Assembly (NCBI GenBank): GCA_038228545.1
Contig: JBBRPE010000003.1
Location: 64,442 to 128,441, forward strand
Reading direction: 5' to 3'
Length of the DNA stretch: 64,000 nt
Source of the DNA: Minisyncoccia bacterium
Lineage (GTDB): Bacteria; Patescibacteriota; Minisyncoccia; Phycocordibacterales; Phycocordibacteraceae
Each line of letters opens with the position of its first letter. Within the stretch, counting starts at the first letter, position 1. Below are positions 9,102 to 19,327 of this stretch, in pieces. A program made the translations under genes and the position numbers. The notes beneath the pieces were generated by a model. It was not told where the DNA came from and made no database searches. It saw only the letters and a program-made list of their open reading frames with translations.

Positions 9102-9257
9102 TTATTTCTTAACCTCCTTGTAGATGACGCGTTCGCGCAGCGTCGGGTCGAACTTCTTGAGTTCGATTTTACGTTCAACCTTCTTCTTATTCTTACGGCT
9201 GAAATAGACGTGATCCGACTTCGTGGAGCGGAGTTTGATGAGGCGGTCTTGTGACAT
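9102..9257 (-). CDS. rpmG: 50S ribosomal protein L33, Cys-less form (not in ORF track)
   Basis: Manual translation MSQDRLIKLRSTKSDHVYFSRKNKKKVERKIELKKFDPTLRERVIYKEVKK. Confidence 0.92.
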   Translation of the reverse strand: MSQDRLIKLRSTKSDHVYFSRKNKKKVERKIELKKFDPTLRERVIYKEVKK

Positions 9258-9323
9258 AACCCCACCTTACCAAAAAGGCAACTTTCCCGCAATCTCTGAG
9301 CATTTACCGGGCCGAGCGAGTAC

Positions 9324-11999
9324 CTACACACCAACGGCAACCTTCTTGGCCCGTACAGCAGATTTCTTCTTTACATCGAAATGGGGTTCACCATTCTTGA
9401 GCGTAACCGAAACAGTACCGCCCTCCATCATGCCCTGCGAGACCATATAACTTGCGATAGGCGTGAGAATCTTGTCCTGGATGGCGCGCTTTAAGGGACG
9501 AGCTCCGTATTGTGGGTTGTAGCCCTTGTCAGCGAGCCACGCACGAACTGCCGGATCGATAGTGAGTGTTATGCGCTTACCGCCAAGACGCTCGATGACA
9601 TCCTTGACTTGGTTTTCCACTATGCGTGAGAGGGACTCTTTACCAAGAACGTCGAAGATTACTATTTCATCAAGACGATTCAGGAATTCCGGACGGAAAC
9701 GGTCCTTGAGCGCGACGAGTACCTTTTCTTTTACCTGCTCATACTGCGCAACGTCGTCGGCACCGGAATACCCGAAGCCGATGTTCGCCATACGATCAAT
9801 AAATTCTGCGCCGATGTTCGACGTGAGCACGATGATGGTGTTTTTAAAGTTCACCTTGCGTCCCTTGCCATCAGTAAGGTGTCCGTTATCGAGCACCTGC
9901 AGAAGGATATTAAATACTTCCGGATGTGCTTTCTCTATCTCGTCAAAGAGGATGACAGCGTACGGACGATGACGAATACGCTCAGTGAGTGAACCCGCTT
10001 CTTCGTAGCCCACGTATCCCGGTGGTGCGCCTATGAGTTTACTGACTGAGTGCTTCTCCATGAATTCCGACATATCAACTCGTACGAGTGCTTCCGTGTC
10101 GTTAAACATGAATTCTGCAAGCTTCTTTGAAAGCTCGGTCTTACCCACTCCCGTTGGTCCCATAAAGAGGAACGAGCCGATAGGACGATTTGGGTCTGCA
10201 ATGCCGACACGAGAGCGCTTCACTGCGTCTGAAATTGCCTTAACGGCCACGTCCTGACCAATGACCGCGTCTTTGAGTGTGTCTTCCATGCGCGCGAGCT
10301 TTGCCGCCTCTTCCTCGAGCATTTTGGAGACGGGGATACCCGTCCAGCGCGACACCACACCAGCTATCTCGTGCTCAGTGACTTCTTCATGGAGTACACG
10401 ACGCGACTTCTGAAGTGTTTTAAGGCGCTTCGTCTTGGTATCAAGTTCCTTTTCAAGAACGGGAATGCGACCGTAGCGAATTTCTGCGGTTGTACCAAGG
10501 TCACTCATGGCCTCAGCATTGTCTGCCTGCTGACGCAGCTTCTCGAGCTCTCCTTTTATTTCGCGAATTGCCTGAATGACTTCCTTTTCGTTGCGCCACT
10601 TAAGCTCGAGCTCTCCCGTCTTCTCGCGGAAGTCTGCGATTTCTGCCTCAATAGTCTTAATGCGATCTTTAATTTCCTTACCATGTTCGCTCTCAATGTC
10701 TTTCTGGAGCGCTTGGCGTTCAATCTCAAGGCGACGAATCTTACGGTCAGTCTCTTCGAGAAGCGGTGGCTTGTTTTCAAGCGCAATGCGAAGTCCCGAA
10801 GCAGCTTCGTCTATAAGGTCTATCGCTTTGTCTGGGAGGAAACGGTCGCTGATGTAACGACTGGAAAGGTCCACGGCAGACACAATGGCGCCGTCGGTAA
10901 TACGCACTCCATGAAAGAGCTCGTACTTATCACGCAATCCGCGCAGGATTGCGACTGCATCTTCTACCGTTGGCTCATTAACAAATACAGGCTGGAAGCG
11001 ACGAGTGAGCGCAGTATCTTTTTCTATGTGCTGCTGATATTCCTTCAGTGTTGTTGCGCCGATAAGCCGAAATTCACCGCGCGCGAGCGCGGGCTTCAAC
11101 ATATTGCTCGCGTCCATAGCGCCTTCTGCAGCTCCGGCACCGACGAGCGTGTGCAGCTCGTCGACGAACAGAATGACCTGCCCCTGTGCCTTCTCCACTT
11201 CCTTCATAACGCTCTTCATGCGCTCCTCAAATTCTCCGCGATACTTCGTGCCAGCAATCATAAGACCGAGATCGAGTGAAAGAAGTTCTTTGCCCTTGAG
11301 GGATTCCGGCACATCGCCCGTGGCCATGCGGGATGCCAAACCTTCTGCGATAGCAGTCTTACCTACGCCCGCCTCACCGATAAGTACAGGATTATTTTTT
11401 GTACGACGCGAAAGAATTTGTATGACGCGACTTATTTCCTGGTCACGTCCTATGACGGGGTCGAGCGCGTTATCCGCAGCCATCTTCGTGAGATTACGTG
11501 TGTACTTTGCGAGTGCACGGAATCGTTTAGCTTCCCCTACCTGGCCATCCTTCGTGGACTTCAGCTCCTTAAGGACTGCAAGCACCGTCTCGTCGTCAAT
11601 CTTGAATCGATTGATGATGTCGCTCGCTGGTCCCGGGTTTTCAAGCACTGCTACAAAAAGGTGCTCAGTTCCGATGAATGAATCATTCATGCGCGCCGCG
11701 ACTTTGCCGGCAGATTCCAGTGCCTGTGCAAGGTCCGGCGTGAGGTAGAGCTGGTAGGACGGAGAAAGTGTTGCATTGGTTTCCGGAGCTTCAAGCGTTT
11801 CCAGGACGGTATCTGCAAGAAGCATGGTGTCTATGTCCATGCGGTCGAGTACGGAAAAAACCATGCTCTCTTCTTGATGAATGAGAGCGGCAAGGAGATG
11901 CAGCGGGCTTACGTGATTCTGACCCCGTTCAATAGCGAGCTCATGCGCCTTCCGTATGGCTTCTTTAGCTTTCGTGGTGAAGTTCTTGAATGGTGGCAT
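9324..11999 (-). CDS. clpB: ATP-dependent chaperone ClpB
   Basis: Two AAA+ modules ([16 protein letters not shown]), long middle coiled coil, [11 protein letters not shown]. Confidence 0.95.
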   Translation of the reverse strand: MPPFKNFTTKAKEAIRKAHELAIERGQNHVSPLHLLAALIHQEESMVFSVLDRMDIDTMLLADTVLETLEAPETNATLSPSYQLYLTPDLAQALESAGKVAARMNDSFIGTEHLFVAVLENPGPASDIINRFKIDDETVLAVLKELKSTKDGQVGEAKRFRALAKYTRNLTKMAADNALDPVIGRDQEISRVIQILSRRTKNNPVLIGEAGVGKTAIAEGLASRMATGDVPESLKGKELLSLDLGLMIAGTKYRGEFEERMKSVMKEVEKAQGQVILFVDELHTLVGAGAAEGAMDASNMLKPALARGEFRLIGATTLKEYQQHIEKDTALTRRFQPVFVNEPTVEDAVAILRGLRDKYELFHGVRITDGAIVSAVDLSSRYISDRFLPDKAIDLIDEAASGLRIALENKPPLLEETDRKIRRLEIERQALQKDIESEHGKEIKDRIKTIEAEIADFREKTGELELKWRNEKEVIQAIREIKGELEKLRQQADNAEAMSDLGTTAEIRYGRIPVLEKELDTKTKRLKTLQKSRRVLHEEVTEHEIAGVVSRWTGIPVSKMLEEEAAKLARMEDTLKDAVIGQDVAVKAISDAVKRSRVGIADPNRPIGSFLFMGPTGVGKTELSKKLAEFMFNDTEALVRVDMSEFMEKHSVSKLIGAPPGYVGYEEAGSLTERIRHRPYAVILFDEIEKAHPEVFNILLQVLDNGHLTDGKGRKVNFKNTIIVLTSNIGAEFIDRMANIGFGYSGADDVAQYEQVKEKVLVALKDRFRPEFLNRLDEIVIFDVLGKESLSRIVENQVKDVIERLGGKRITLTIDPAVRAWLADKGYNPQYGARPLKRAIQDKILTPIASYMVSQGMMEGGTVSVTLKNGEPHFDVKKKSAVRAKKVAVGV

Positions 12000-12009
12000 A
12001 TATCTACTA

Positions 12010-12765
12010 TTACGGCGCAGAAGGCGAAGATGTTGCAGAAAGGAGGGTGTTTATCTTTTCTGTAGGTGCAAATATACCCGTCGAATCGAGCGCAATTCCA
12101 ATAATATTTCCTGAGCTATTCACCGCTGCCGAGCCTATCTGCACGCCCGTGAGGCTTGTATGAATGGTGTCATCGACCTTTGACACGATACCGGTGATGG
12201 CGGACCCGCCGCTACCTATAGCAAGAACCGTCTGTCCCTGCTTGAGGTCACTCTTGAGGACGAGTAGTGGGACCGGAACTTTCGGAAGCTTCGCGATATC
12301 TGAGAATCCATAGATGCTTATGGTGGCTCCTGCACGCGAGAGCGAAGCGGGAACGGCAGTACCATCGGGGAATACTATGAGCGCTTCTTTAGGCAAATCG
12401 GTGCCAGTCGCTGTGGCGACCGCACGAGCCTTTGGGAGATAGGTGCCGATGGCGACAGGTGGTGTTGACGTTGACTTCGAATAGATTGAGACCGTTCGGG
12501 CGACGTTCGCGGCAATAGCTGCTGTTTGAAGGTCTTCGTCATGTATGACGACGGTCGATGGCTGAGACGGAATTATCTGAATCGGTGTCGAAGATGAGAT
12601 GGTTTCCACTGTATGATCGACGATGCGATTCACCGTCTGAGTAATGGTTGGAGGTGCCTGATCAAGCAAGGAAACGGTAAGAACGCCGACCGCAATGGAC
12701 GTAACGAAGTTCACGAGCACCGTGAGGAGCAAGAGCTGTGATTTGCTGAGGTCTTCCAGGTTCAT
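12010..12765 (-). CDS. Membrane-anchored, degenerate trypsin/HtrA-like protein
   Basis: N-terminal TM; LKQGQTVLAIG, GIVS and AVNSSGNIIGI resemble HtrA-type folds, but catalytic motifs are not evident. Confidence 0.5.
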   Translation of the reverse strand: MNLEDLSKSQLLLLTVLVNFVTSIAVGVLTVSLLDQAPPTITQTVNRIVDHTVETISSSTPIQIIPSQPSTVVIHDEDLQTAAIAANVARTVSIYSKSTSTPPVAIGTYLPKARAVATATGTDLPKEALIVFPDGTAVPASLSRAGATISIYGFSDIAKLPKVPVPLLVLKSDLKQGQTVLAIGSGGSAITGIVSKVDDTIHTSLTGVQIGSAAVNSSGNIIGIALDSTGIFAPTEKINTLLSATSSPSAP

Positions 12766-12769
12766 ACCA

Positions 12770-13906
12770 TTAGTATATAGCTTTCTCGTCGAGGAATCGA
12801 ACTGTACGCAGTAGTGCAGGAACCAGTGCGTCGAGGTCTTGTGCCTTCGTTGTTGGTCCCCAGGAAATACGAAGTGTGGAGTCGGCACGTGTAGTATCTG
12901 CAGTCAGTGCGAAGACGGCACGCGAACCGTGCTCATCTGTTTCGCATGCGCTCTTCGTCGACACCGCAAACCCTTCAACGTCCAGTAGCGCGACGACGTA
13001 ATCGGTGTCACGACCGAGTAGTGAGATATTCAAAATATGCGGCGCATTCGCTACACCCTGATTTATTTCCATACGTTCTATCTTCGAAAGAGCGATGCAA
13101 AGATTTGCTCGCATGCGCTCTGACCGTTCGCAAAATTCTTTCCTTTTTTCCTCTGCCTCTTCGAGAGCTGCAGTGAACGCGCGTGCCAATGCGGTGTTCT
13201 CCGTGCCTGCGCGCCTCCCGCCTTCTTGGCCACCACCGCCATAGAGCGGCGACAGAGTAATACCCTGTCGTAGCAACAGAACGCCGATACCCCGCACACC
13301 GCCAACTTTCTGGCTATCAAGCGTCACGAGGTCAGCACCGAGATGAGCCAGTGTGAATGACCGCACGAGGGGTGCTTGGCTTGCGTCCACATGTAAGAGA
13401 ATCCCCGGACGATACGCGTCGAGCGTGCGACGTACGGCAAGGGTGTCGTACAACGTACCTGTCTCACCGCACACAGCGTCGAGCGTAACGAGCACGGTTG
13501 ATGGCGTGAGCTGGCGCGTCAGAGTATCGAGCTGTATCTCTTCAACGGTTGCACCTTCTACGCGAAGTGTCTGTACCGCACTCTGAACCGATGCGTGCTG
13601 GCTAGGGTGATGCAGCACGTGCGCTTTCTGGGCTCCTTTCGCTCGTACAGACCCGAGGAGTGCGAGTGCGTTCGCTTCCGTTGCACCAGAGGTGAATATC
13701 ACGCCGTCTGTCTTCACTTCAGCAATGCGCGCTATGCGTGTGCGAGCGTCTTCGAGCAATGTCTTAGCTTCCCTGCCTTCTGCGTACGGTGCGCTGGGAT
13801 TACCAAAAAAGGGAAGTGTGGCGTCGAATGCTCTTCGTGCACGTGCAGACACTGGAGCACTTGCTGCCCAGTCCAAATACACCCGCTCCTTTTTCGTGCC
13901 CCACAT
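12770..13906 (-). CDS. iscS: Cysteine desulfurase (class V aminotransferase)
   Basis: YLDWAAS, IFTSGATEAN, HVDASQ, SQKVGG, STKSAC motifs. Confidence 0.85.
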   Translation of the reverse strand: MWGTKKERVYLDWAASAPVSARARRAFDATLPFFGNPSAPYAEGREAKTLLEDARTRIARIAEVKTDGVIFTSGATEANALALLGSVRAKGAQKAHVLHHPSQHASVQSAVQTLRVEGATVEEIQLDTLTRQLTPSTVLVTLDAVCGETGTLYDTLAVRRTLDAYRPGILLHVDASQAPLVRSFTLAHLGADLVTLDSQKVGGVRGIGVLLLRQGITLSPLYGGGGQEGGRRAGTENTALARAFTAALEEAEEKRKEFCERSERMRANLCIALSKIERMEINQGVANAPHILNISLLGRDTDYVVALLDVEGFAVSTKSACETDEHGSRAVFALTADTTRADSTLRISWGPTTKAQDLDALVPALLRTVRFLDEKAIY

Positions 13907-13968
13907 ACATGCTTTGTAGCATTTTAGCCTTTGAAAATCGAGTTATTTTGTGGTATAGTCCTGCCATT

Positions 13969-15450
13969 ATGGCGAGCAGCACCCGACCACCTATCGTGGC
14001 CGTTATGGGTCACATCGATCATGGAAAGTCTTCCCTGCTCGATTACATCCGTAAGGCCAATGTCACTGCCGGCGAGGCGGGAGGCATTACGCAACACGTC
14101 TCAGCCTATGAGGCGGTACATGAGCACGAAGGTGCCGAGCGCCGCATCACCTTCCTCGATACACCGGGTCACGAAGCGTTCCGTGCGCTTCGCGCACGCG
14201 GTGCTGCTGTTGCGGATGTCGCTATTCTCGTCATCGCTGCTGAAGAAGGCGTAAAGCCACAGACGCTTGAGGCGTATACGGCAGCGACTGAAGCGGGCAC
14301 TCCTATCGTCGTTGCATTCACGAAGATTGATAAGTCGGGAGCAGACATTGAACGCGCTAAGGTCTCCGCACTCGAGCACAGCATCTACCTTGAAGGGCTT
14401 GGAGGCTCTATCGCCTACACCGGCGTGTCGTCAAAATCTGGCGAAGGTGTTCCAGAACTTCTTGACCTCGTCCTACTCACGGCGGACCTTGCTGAACTTA
14501 CGGGCGACCCTGACGTTTCGGCTGAAGGCTTCGTACTCGAATCATCGCAGGACCCGAAGCAGGGTATGACGGCGACACTTATCATGAAGAATGGAACGCT
14601 AAAGACCGGCGACTTCGTCGTTGCAGGTAGCGCACTTGCTCCGGTTCGTTTTATAGAAAACTTCGCCGGCCTTCGCATTCCGACAGCTGGACCATCTCAG
14701 CCAGTACGTATCGCCGGATGGAATGCACTTCCCGCTGCAGGCACCCCATTCCGTGTTGCGTCTTCAAAGAAGGAGGCAGAGAAACTAGCCAGCGAAGCTG
14801 AAGCTCCACTTCTTAAGGTCCGTGTTCCAACGGTAAACGAAGAAGGAAAGGCGGAACTCCCTCTTATCATCAAGGCTGATGTATCAGGCTCCATCGAGGC
14901 AATTAGCCATGAACTCGCGAAGATTGCGCACGACCGCGTTACTATCCGTATAGTATCGGAAGGCATCGGCGCCGTCTCTGAGGCTGATGTAAAGACAGCC
15001 GTTGCTGGTGGCGGGAACATCATCGCGTTTAATGTCGGTACTGATACGAACGCGCGCGACATTGCAGAGCGCACCGGTATCACCATCGATACCTTTTCTA
15101 TAATTTATGACCTCAAGGAGCGTGTCGAAGCGCTCGTCACGGCGCGCGCTCCGCGTATCACTGTTGAGGAAATCCTCGGTGAACTCAAAGTACTCAAGTC
15201 CTTCAGTGTAGCTTCCGGTAAGGCTGTCCTCGGTGCTAAGTGGGTATCCGGTTCCCTTACCGTGGGTGATGTAGTTAAGATTGACCGTCGCGGTATAGAC
15301 CTCGGACGTGGCAAGCTCGTAAACCTTCAAATCATGCGAAGTGACGTAAAAGAAATTCATATTGAGGGGGAATTCGGACTCCAGGTGGAAACAAAGGTGG
15401 AAATTGCCGGAGGAGATACTATTGTGTGTTTCCGGATGGTTGAAAAATAG
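13969..15450 (+). CDS. infB: Translation initiation factor IF-2, lacking N-terminal domain
   Basis: RPPIVAVMGHIDHGKS, GGITQH, FLDTPGHEAF. Confidence 0.95.
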   Translation: MASSTRPPIVAVMGHIDHGKSSLLDYIRKANVTAGEAGGITQHVSAYEAVHEHEGAERRITFLDTPGHEAFRALRARGAAVADVAILVIAAEEGVKPQTLEAYTAATEAGTPIVVAFTKIDKSGADIERAKVSALEHSIYLEGLGGSIAYTGVSSKSGEGVPELLDLVLLTADLAELTGDPDVSAEGFVLESSQDPKQGMTATLIMKNGTLKTGDFVVAGSALAPVRFIENFAGLRIPTAGPSQPVRIAGWNALPAAGTPFRVASSKKEAEKLASEAEAPLLKVRVPTVNEEGKAELPLIIKADVSGSIEAISHELAKIAHDRVTIRIVSEGIGAVSEADVKTAVAGGGNIIAFNVGTDTNARDIAERTGITIDTFSIIYDLKERVEALVTARAPRITVEEILGELKVLKSFSVASGKAVLGAKWVSGSLTVGDVVKIDRRGIDLGRGKLVNLQIMRSDVKEIHIEGEFGLQVETKVEIAGGDTIVCFRMVEK

Positions 15451-15454
15451 ACGT

Positions 15455-15778
15455 ATGACGATGCGCGACGAAAAAGCAGCCGCCCAGCTTATGGTGCTTG
15501 CCGGTGAATTTATAGCTCGCGAAGCGGGTCGCTCGACGCTCATCACACCAACGCGTGTCGGCTTTGGACGCAATCCGAAGTTTGCGACGGTATTTGTAAG
15601 CGTATTCCCCTTTGAGGAAACCAATCATGCACTCGCCTTCCTCGGACGCAACGTAAACGAATTCCGTGAATACTTAAAGAAGCACGGTAGGTTTAATATG
15701 CTTCCCTTCATAACCTTCGAGGCAGACTATGGTGAGCAGAATCGCCAACGCCTCGACGAGATTTCAAAAGACGTTTAG
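15455..15778 (+). CDS. rbfA: Ribosome-binding factor A
   Basis: Directly after infB; ATVFVSV...PFITFEAD pattern. Confidence 0.8.
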   Translation: MTMRDEKAAAQLMVLAGEFIAREAGRSTLITPTRVGFGRNPKFATVFVSVFPFEETNHALAFLGRNVNEFREYLKKHGRFNMLPFITFEADYGEQNRQRLDEISKDV

Positions 15779-15781
15779 ATG

Positions 15782-15853
15782 AGGCCTGGGCGGGAATCGC
15801 ACCCGCGCATGGAGGATTTGCAGTCCCCAGCGTTACTACTTCGCCACCAGGCC
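15782..15853 (-). tRNA. tRNA-Cys(GCA)
   Basis: GGCCTGG...CCAGGCC-T, anticodon loop CTGCAAA. Confidence 0.9.
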
Positions 15854-15901
15854 GTTAGTTGAATATAACGCGCGGAACATAAATCTGCATCTCCACTTCT
15901 T

Positions 15902-16075
15902 GTACCGGGGGTGGGAGTCGGCTCCCGTCACTAATTCGCTTCGCTCAGAAGTGCGCCAACCGGAGCTCGTCACATTCTCCTGCCCCGCAGACGTGACTAC
16001 GCTGTTCGACTCCCACACGGACTGTGCGAAGGCACTATCCTCCCCGGTACAGCTTTATGGCTTCGCCTAAATCAG
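15902..16075 (-). repeat. tRNA-Leu(TAA)-anchored element with a different core
   Basis: Direct 3' copy at 15902-15920, hairpin-split antisense copy at ~16004-16050; period 173 bp. Confidence 0.8.
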
Positions 16076-16158
16076 TACCGGGGGTGGGAGTCGAACCCAC
16101 ACGGCATTTCTGCCAGGGGATTTTAAGTCCCCGCTGTCTACCATTCCATCACCCCGGC
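16076..16158 (-). tRNA. tRNA-Leu(TAA)
   Basis: GCCGGGG...CCCCGGT-A, loop CTTAAAA, long variable arm. Confidence 0.95.
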
Positions 16159-16202
16159 CTCTGTGGAAGATACCACATGACCATGTGCTACCGTATATAT
16201 TC

Positions 16203-17360
16203 ATGTCACTCCGTACTACCCTACGCAAAATTCGTCGCGCAATAACGCGCTACACCCCCTTGGTAGAGGTGAGTATTTCGCGAGAGAATCTACTCCACAA
16301 TCTACATACCTATCAAAGCGCTTACTCGAAAGCGGCGTTTGCTCCCGTACTTAAGAGCAATGCCTATGGGCACGACATTGGCACTGTAGCTCGTATTCTT
16401 GACCGTGAGAAGATTGCGTTCTTCATGGTGGATTCCTATTACGAAGCTCGGCGTCTTCGTCAGGCAGGCATTCGTTCACGCATTCTGGTTATGGGCTACG
16501 TACGCCCAGAGGACATAGCTCGGAGCCGTCTCCGCAACGTAGACTTCGGTATCACGGATATTGAACAGCTTCGTACACTCACAGAACTCGTAAAGCATCC
16601 AACACGTATCCACTTGAAGCTTGATACCGGCATGCACCGCCAAGGTATTCCATTTGACCTCATTGCAGAAGCTGAGGATCTTATCAAAGGAGAAGAGCAA
16701 TTAGAGCTCGTCGGTATTTGCTCGCATTTTGCGGATGCGGATAATACTAACGAAACGTTTACCGAACGACAGATTGCAGTATGGAGAGCAGCTGCCGAGG
16801 AGTTTACGCTTGCCTTTCCTACTATCGAATATCGCCATATCGCAGCCACCAAGGGCGTACGTTTCGGGAAAGACACAGAAACAAACGTTGCTCGTCTCGG
16901 CATTGGCCTCTATGGCTTTGACACGTCGCCATCCTCAGAAACTCCTCTTCGGCCAGTGCTTGAAATGCGTTCGCTTATTAGTTCGGTGCGCGACATTCAG
17001 AAAGGGGAATCGGTCGGCTATAACGCAACGTTCACCGCGGACTATCCCATGAAGATAGCTACGGTACCAGTTGGATACTACGAAGGAATAGACCGCCGAC
17101 TTTCAAACAGAGGCTCCATGCTGGTAAAAGGAATAGTCTGTCCAATCATTGGACGTGTTTCGATGAACATGACGTCCATTGATGTTTCGAATGTTCCGAG
17201 CGTAACTGCGGGCGACTCGGTCGTTGCAATAAGTCGAAATCCGGCCGATGATAATTCAGTGAGCGCAATGGTGAAAGCGGTAAGTTGTGAGGACTACCGT
17301 GAGACCGAATACGTACTCCTCGTACACCTTGCCCCGCACCTCGAACGAATTGTGGAATAA
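16203..17360 (+). CDS. alr: Alanine racemase
   Basis: VLKSNAYGH, HLKLDTGMHRQG, VGYNAT, GRVSMN motifs. Confidence 0.95.
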   Translation: MSLRTTLRKIRRAITRYTPLVEVSISRENLLHNLHTYQSAYSKAAFAPVLKSNAYGHDIGTVARILDREKIAFFMVDSYYEARRLRQAGIRSRILVMGYVRPEDIARSRLRNVDFGITDIEQLRTLTELVKHPTRIHLKLDTGMHRQGIPFDLIAEAEDLIKGEEQLELVGICSHFADADNTNETFTERQIAVWRAAAEEFTLAFPTIEYRHIAATKGVRFGKDTETNVARLGIGLYGFDTSPSSETPLRPVLEMRSLISSVRDIQKGESVGYNATFTADYPMKIATVPVGYYEGIDRRLSNRGSMLVKGIVCPIIGRVSMNMTSIDVSNVPSVTAGDSVVAISRNPADDNSVSAMVKAVSCEDYRETEYVLLVHLAPHLERIVE

Positions 17361-17505
17361 GGTTGAATATCGGAGCACTTCCGTATAGTATTTACCAATC
17401 GTCCGAAAGGACGTGTATTTACGCCCATACGTAGGCTTGTGGCCTGCTCACTCGGCGCACAAGAAATATCTCACCAAGAATGATATATTTCTTGTGACCT
17501 CGTTC

Positions 17506-17578
17506 GCGCCCATAGCTCAGCTGGTAGAGCAGATCCCTCTTAAGGATAAGGTCCCTGGTTCGAGCCCAGGTGGGCGCA
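17506..17578 (+). tRNA. tRNA-Lys(CTT)
   Basis: GCGCCCA...TGGGCGC-A, loop CTCTTAA. Confidence 0.95.
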
Positions 17579-17812
17579 CATGAAAGAAAACACTGCGTCT
17601 GCACGCAGTTTTTCTTTACATGTGCGAGGCGGAGTCATGTTTTCATTCCCCTGAAAACGGACGAGCCCGGGTCGGGGTTGCGAGCTAATTTGTAAATCCT
17701 GGAACAAATGAGCCGCAAACCGTGACCACAAGTGCGCCCACGCAGACGTGGGGTCGCGGAATCACGTCCCATGCAAGGCAACAAATCACCTAATCTGCTA
17801 CGATACACACAT

Positions 17813-17839
17813 GCCCCTGGGGCGGAATCGGTAGACGCG
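17813..17839 (+). pseudogene. 5' fragment of a second tRNA-Leu-like gene
   Basis: GCCCCTGGGGCGGAATCGGTAGACGCG = acceptor strand plus Leu-type D-arm, then truncated. Confidence 0.55.
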
Positions 17840-17854
17840 AATTGGAAGTAAAGT

Positions 17855-17935
17855 GCGGGGATGGCGAAATGGTAGACGCGCCTGCCTTAGGAGCAGGTCC
17901 CTTCGGGGGTGGAGGTTCAAGTCCTCTTCCCCGCA
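17855..17935 (+). tRNA. tRNA-Leu(TAG)
   Basis: GCGGGGA...TCCCCGC-A, loop CTTAGGA, variable arm. Confidence 0.95.
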
Positions 17936-17995
17936 CTTTGTTTCGAATAGCCTGCCGCGGGACGTAGATGAAGTGGGGCTTCATCTACGCGCACT

Positions 17996-18050
17996 GGTCC
18001 CTTCGGGGGTGGAGGTTCAAGTCCTCTTCCCCGCACTTTGTTTCCAATAG
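17996..18050 (+). repeat. Direct duplication of tRNA-Leu(TAG) 3' half and trailer
   Basis: Matches 17896-17950 with one mismatch; period exactly 100 bp. Confidence 0.9.
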
Positions 18051-18125
18051 CTAATAAGCACAAAAGAAAGACGCCGTACGGCGTCTTGTGCGTTCCGGGG
18101 CAAACAGTCAGTATCTAGCGGATAC

Positions 18126-18157
18126 TTGACTTTAGTTATAAAATGGTGTATTATAAT
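18126..18157 (+). promoter_or_regulatory. Sigma70-type promoter
   Basis: TTGACT then TATTAT/TATAAT; SD AGGAG upstream of 18203. Confidence 0.6.
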
Positions 18158-18202
18158 ACATAACCCCTAACTACTGGGCAAACAGCAAACAGGAGAGTTG
18201 GG

Positions 18203-19318
18203 ATGTTCCTCAACAAAAATATCAGCCGTAATATGTGGATAGTGGCCCTCACGCTCATCGCGTTCGGCTTCTACTACGCATTCCTGGGTCCTCGCTGGCT
18301 CATGATTGTGGGTGCCCTCGGGTGTTCCATCTTCCTCTTGGGTCAGGAGACCATCAAAAACGACCCTCTCGAGGTGGGTTTACTCACCTTTTGGGGCCGA
18401 CGACTGGAAGTCGTCATCCGTGAAGGCAACAAGCTACTTGCACCGTTCTTTCCGTTCATGATCGGCGTCATCAAGATTCCGGTTGGACGAGAAGTACTCG
18501 AACAGAAGTTTGAGGTCGTCGCCCGCAACAAGCAGGTGGACGCTAACGGCAACGTCGAGTTCCAAATGGCAGGCAAGTTGTCTGTCGAAATTTCCCTCGT
18601 CTTTCAGCCTGACTATGAGGCTCACAACGCGGGATACCGCCTGAAGCGCTATCTGATCTCCGGTCGAGCGGCCGGCGTGAAAGTAATGTTGGAGCAAGTG
18701 CTCGTCACCTACACCAGGTACGCAGCGCTTACGCATTCCTGGAATGTCTTCATGTCGCTCAAAGCCCCTCTGGGGGCGGCGATCATCACGAAGATTGCAG
18801 GGTCCCAGATGCGGTCTTTGAATCGCGTTGCTGGTACTATTCCGGCAAACGATCTTCTACTTGAAGGCGACGCCTACTGGGCGCGGCCTGAAATAACGGA
18901 AGCGAGTGCGGTCGAGTACCTCCTCGTACATCCTGTCGACAGTCCAGAGTACAAGAACCGCTATCGTGAAATTGAGCGCTTTCTCGAAATCGCGCTCAAG
19001 AACGGCGGCGGCGACGTGCTCGACCTCGGCATATTGTTGCAACGCGTCAACGTCGAAGCAATCGAACCCACCGGCGATCTCGCCGCTGTGGCCGATGACC
19101 CCGCCGTTGAAGACGTGCAGCGCACGTCTGAGACCAAGGACATTGCCACTGAGCTTGTTTTGGCTCAGATGTACCGCGATGTCGATCCCAGCATGAGCCT
19201 CAAGGACGCTCTTGAGTTTGTCCGCGTGAACCGCGGACGTGCGAAAGAGCTCATTGTCCGCTCAAGCGGCAACCCCGCCGTCGATGCAGCTGCGCTGTTC
19301 GGCAACCTCAACCACTAG
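18203..19318 (+). CDS. SPFH/band-7-like membrane protein
   Basis: Two N-terminal TMs, VGLLTFWGR...IREG and LGILLQRVNVEAI patterns. Confidence 0.55.
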   Translation: MFLNKNISRNMWIVALTLIAFGFYYAFLGPRWLMIVGALGCSIFLLGQETIKNDPLEVGLLTFWGRRLEVVIREGNKLLAPFFPFMIGVIKIPVGREVLEQKFEVVARNKQVDANGNVEFQMAGKLSVEISLVFQPDYEAHNAGYRLKRYLISGRAAGVKVMLEQVLVTYTRYAALTHSWNVFMSLKAPLGAAIITKIAGSQMRSLNRVAGTIPANDLLLEGDAYWARPEITEASAVEYLLVHPVDSPEYKNRYREIERFLEIALKNGGGDVLDLGILLQRVNVEAIEPTGDLAAVADDPAVEDVQRTSETKDIATELVLAQMYRDVDPSMSLKDALEFVRVNRGRAKELIVRSSGNPAVDAAALFGNLNH

Positions 19319-19327
19319 GAGACACCT

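Noticed and set aside
9526-11748. Long antisense ORFs over clpB, gyrA, rpsA, ftsZ and lepA
   Set aside because: Shadow frames caused by codon bias of conserved genes
13969-15450. Short IF2 (also short ValRS and four-domain S1) as pseudogenes
   Set aside because: Frames and catalytic motifs are intact; such truncations are ordinary in reduced genomes
15782-15853. Non-canonical T-loop (GTGCGAT) in tRNA-Cys
   Set aside because: Known variation in bacterial tRNA-Cys; the rest of the cloverleaf is intact
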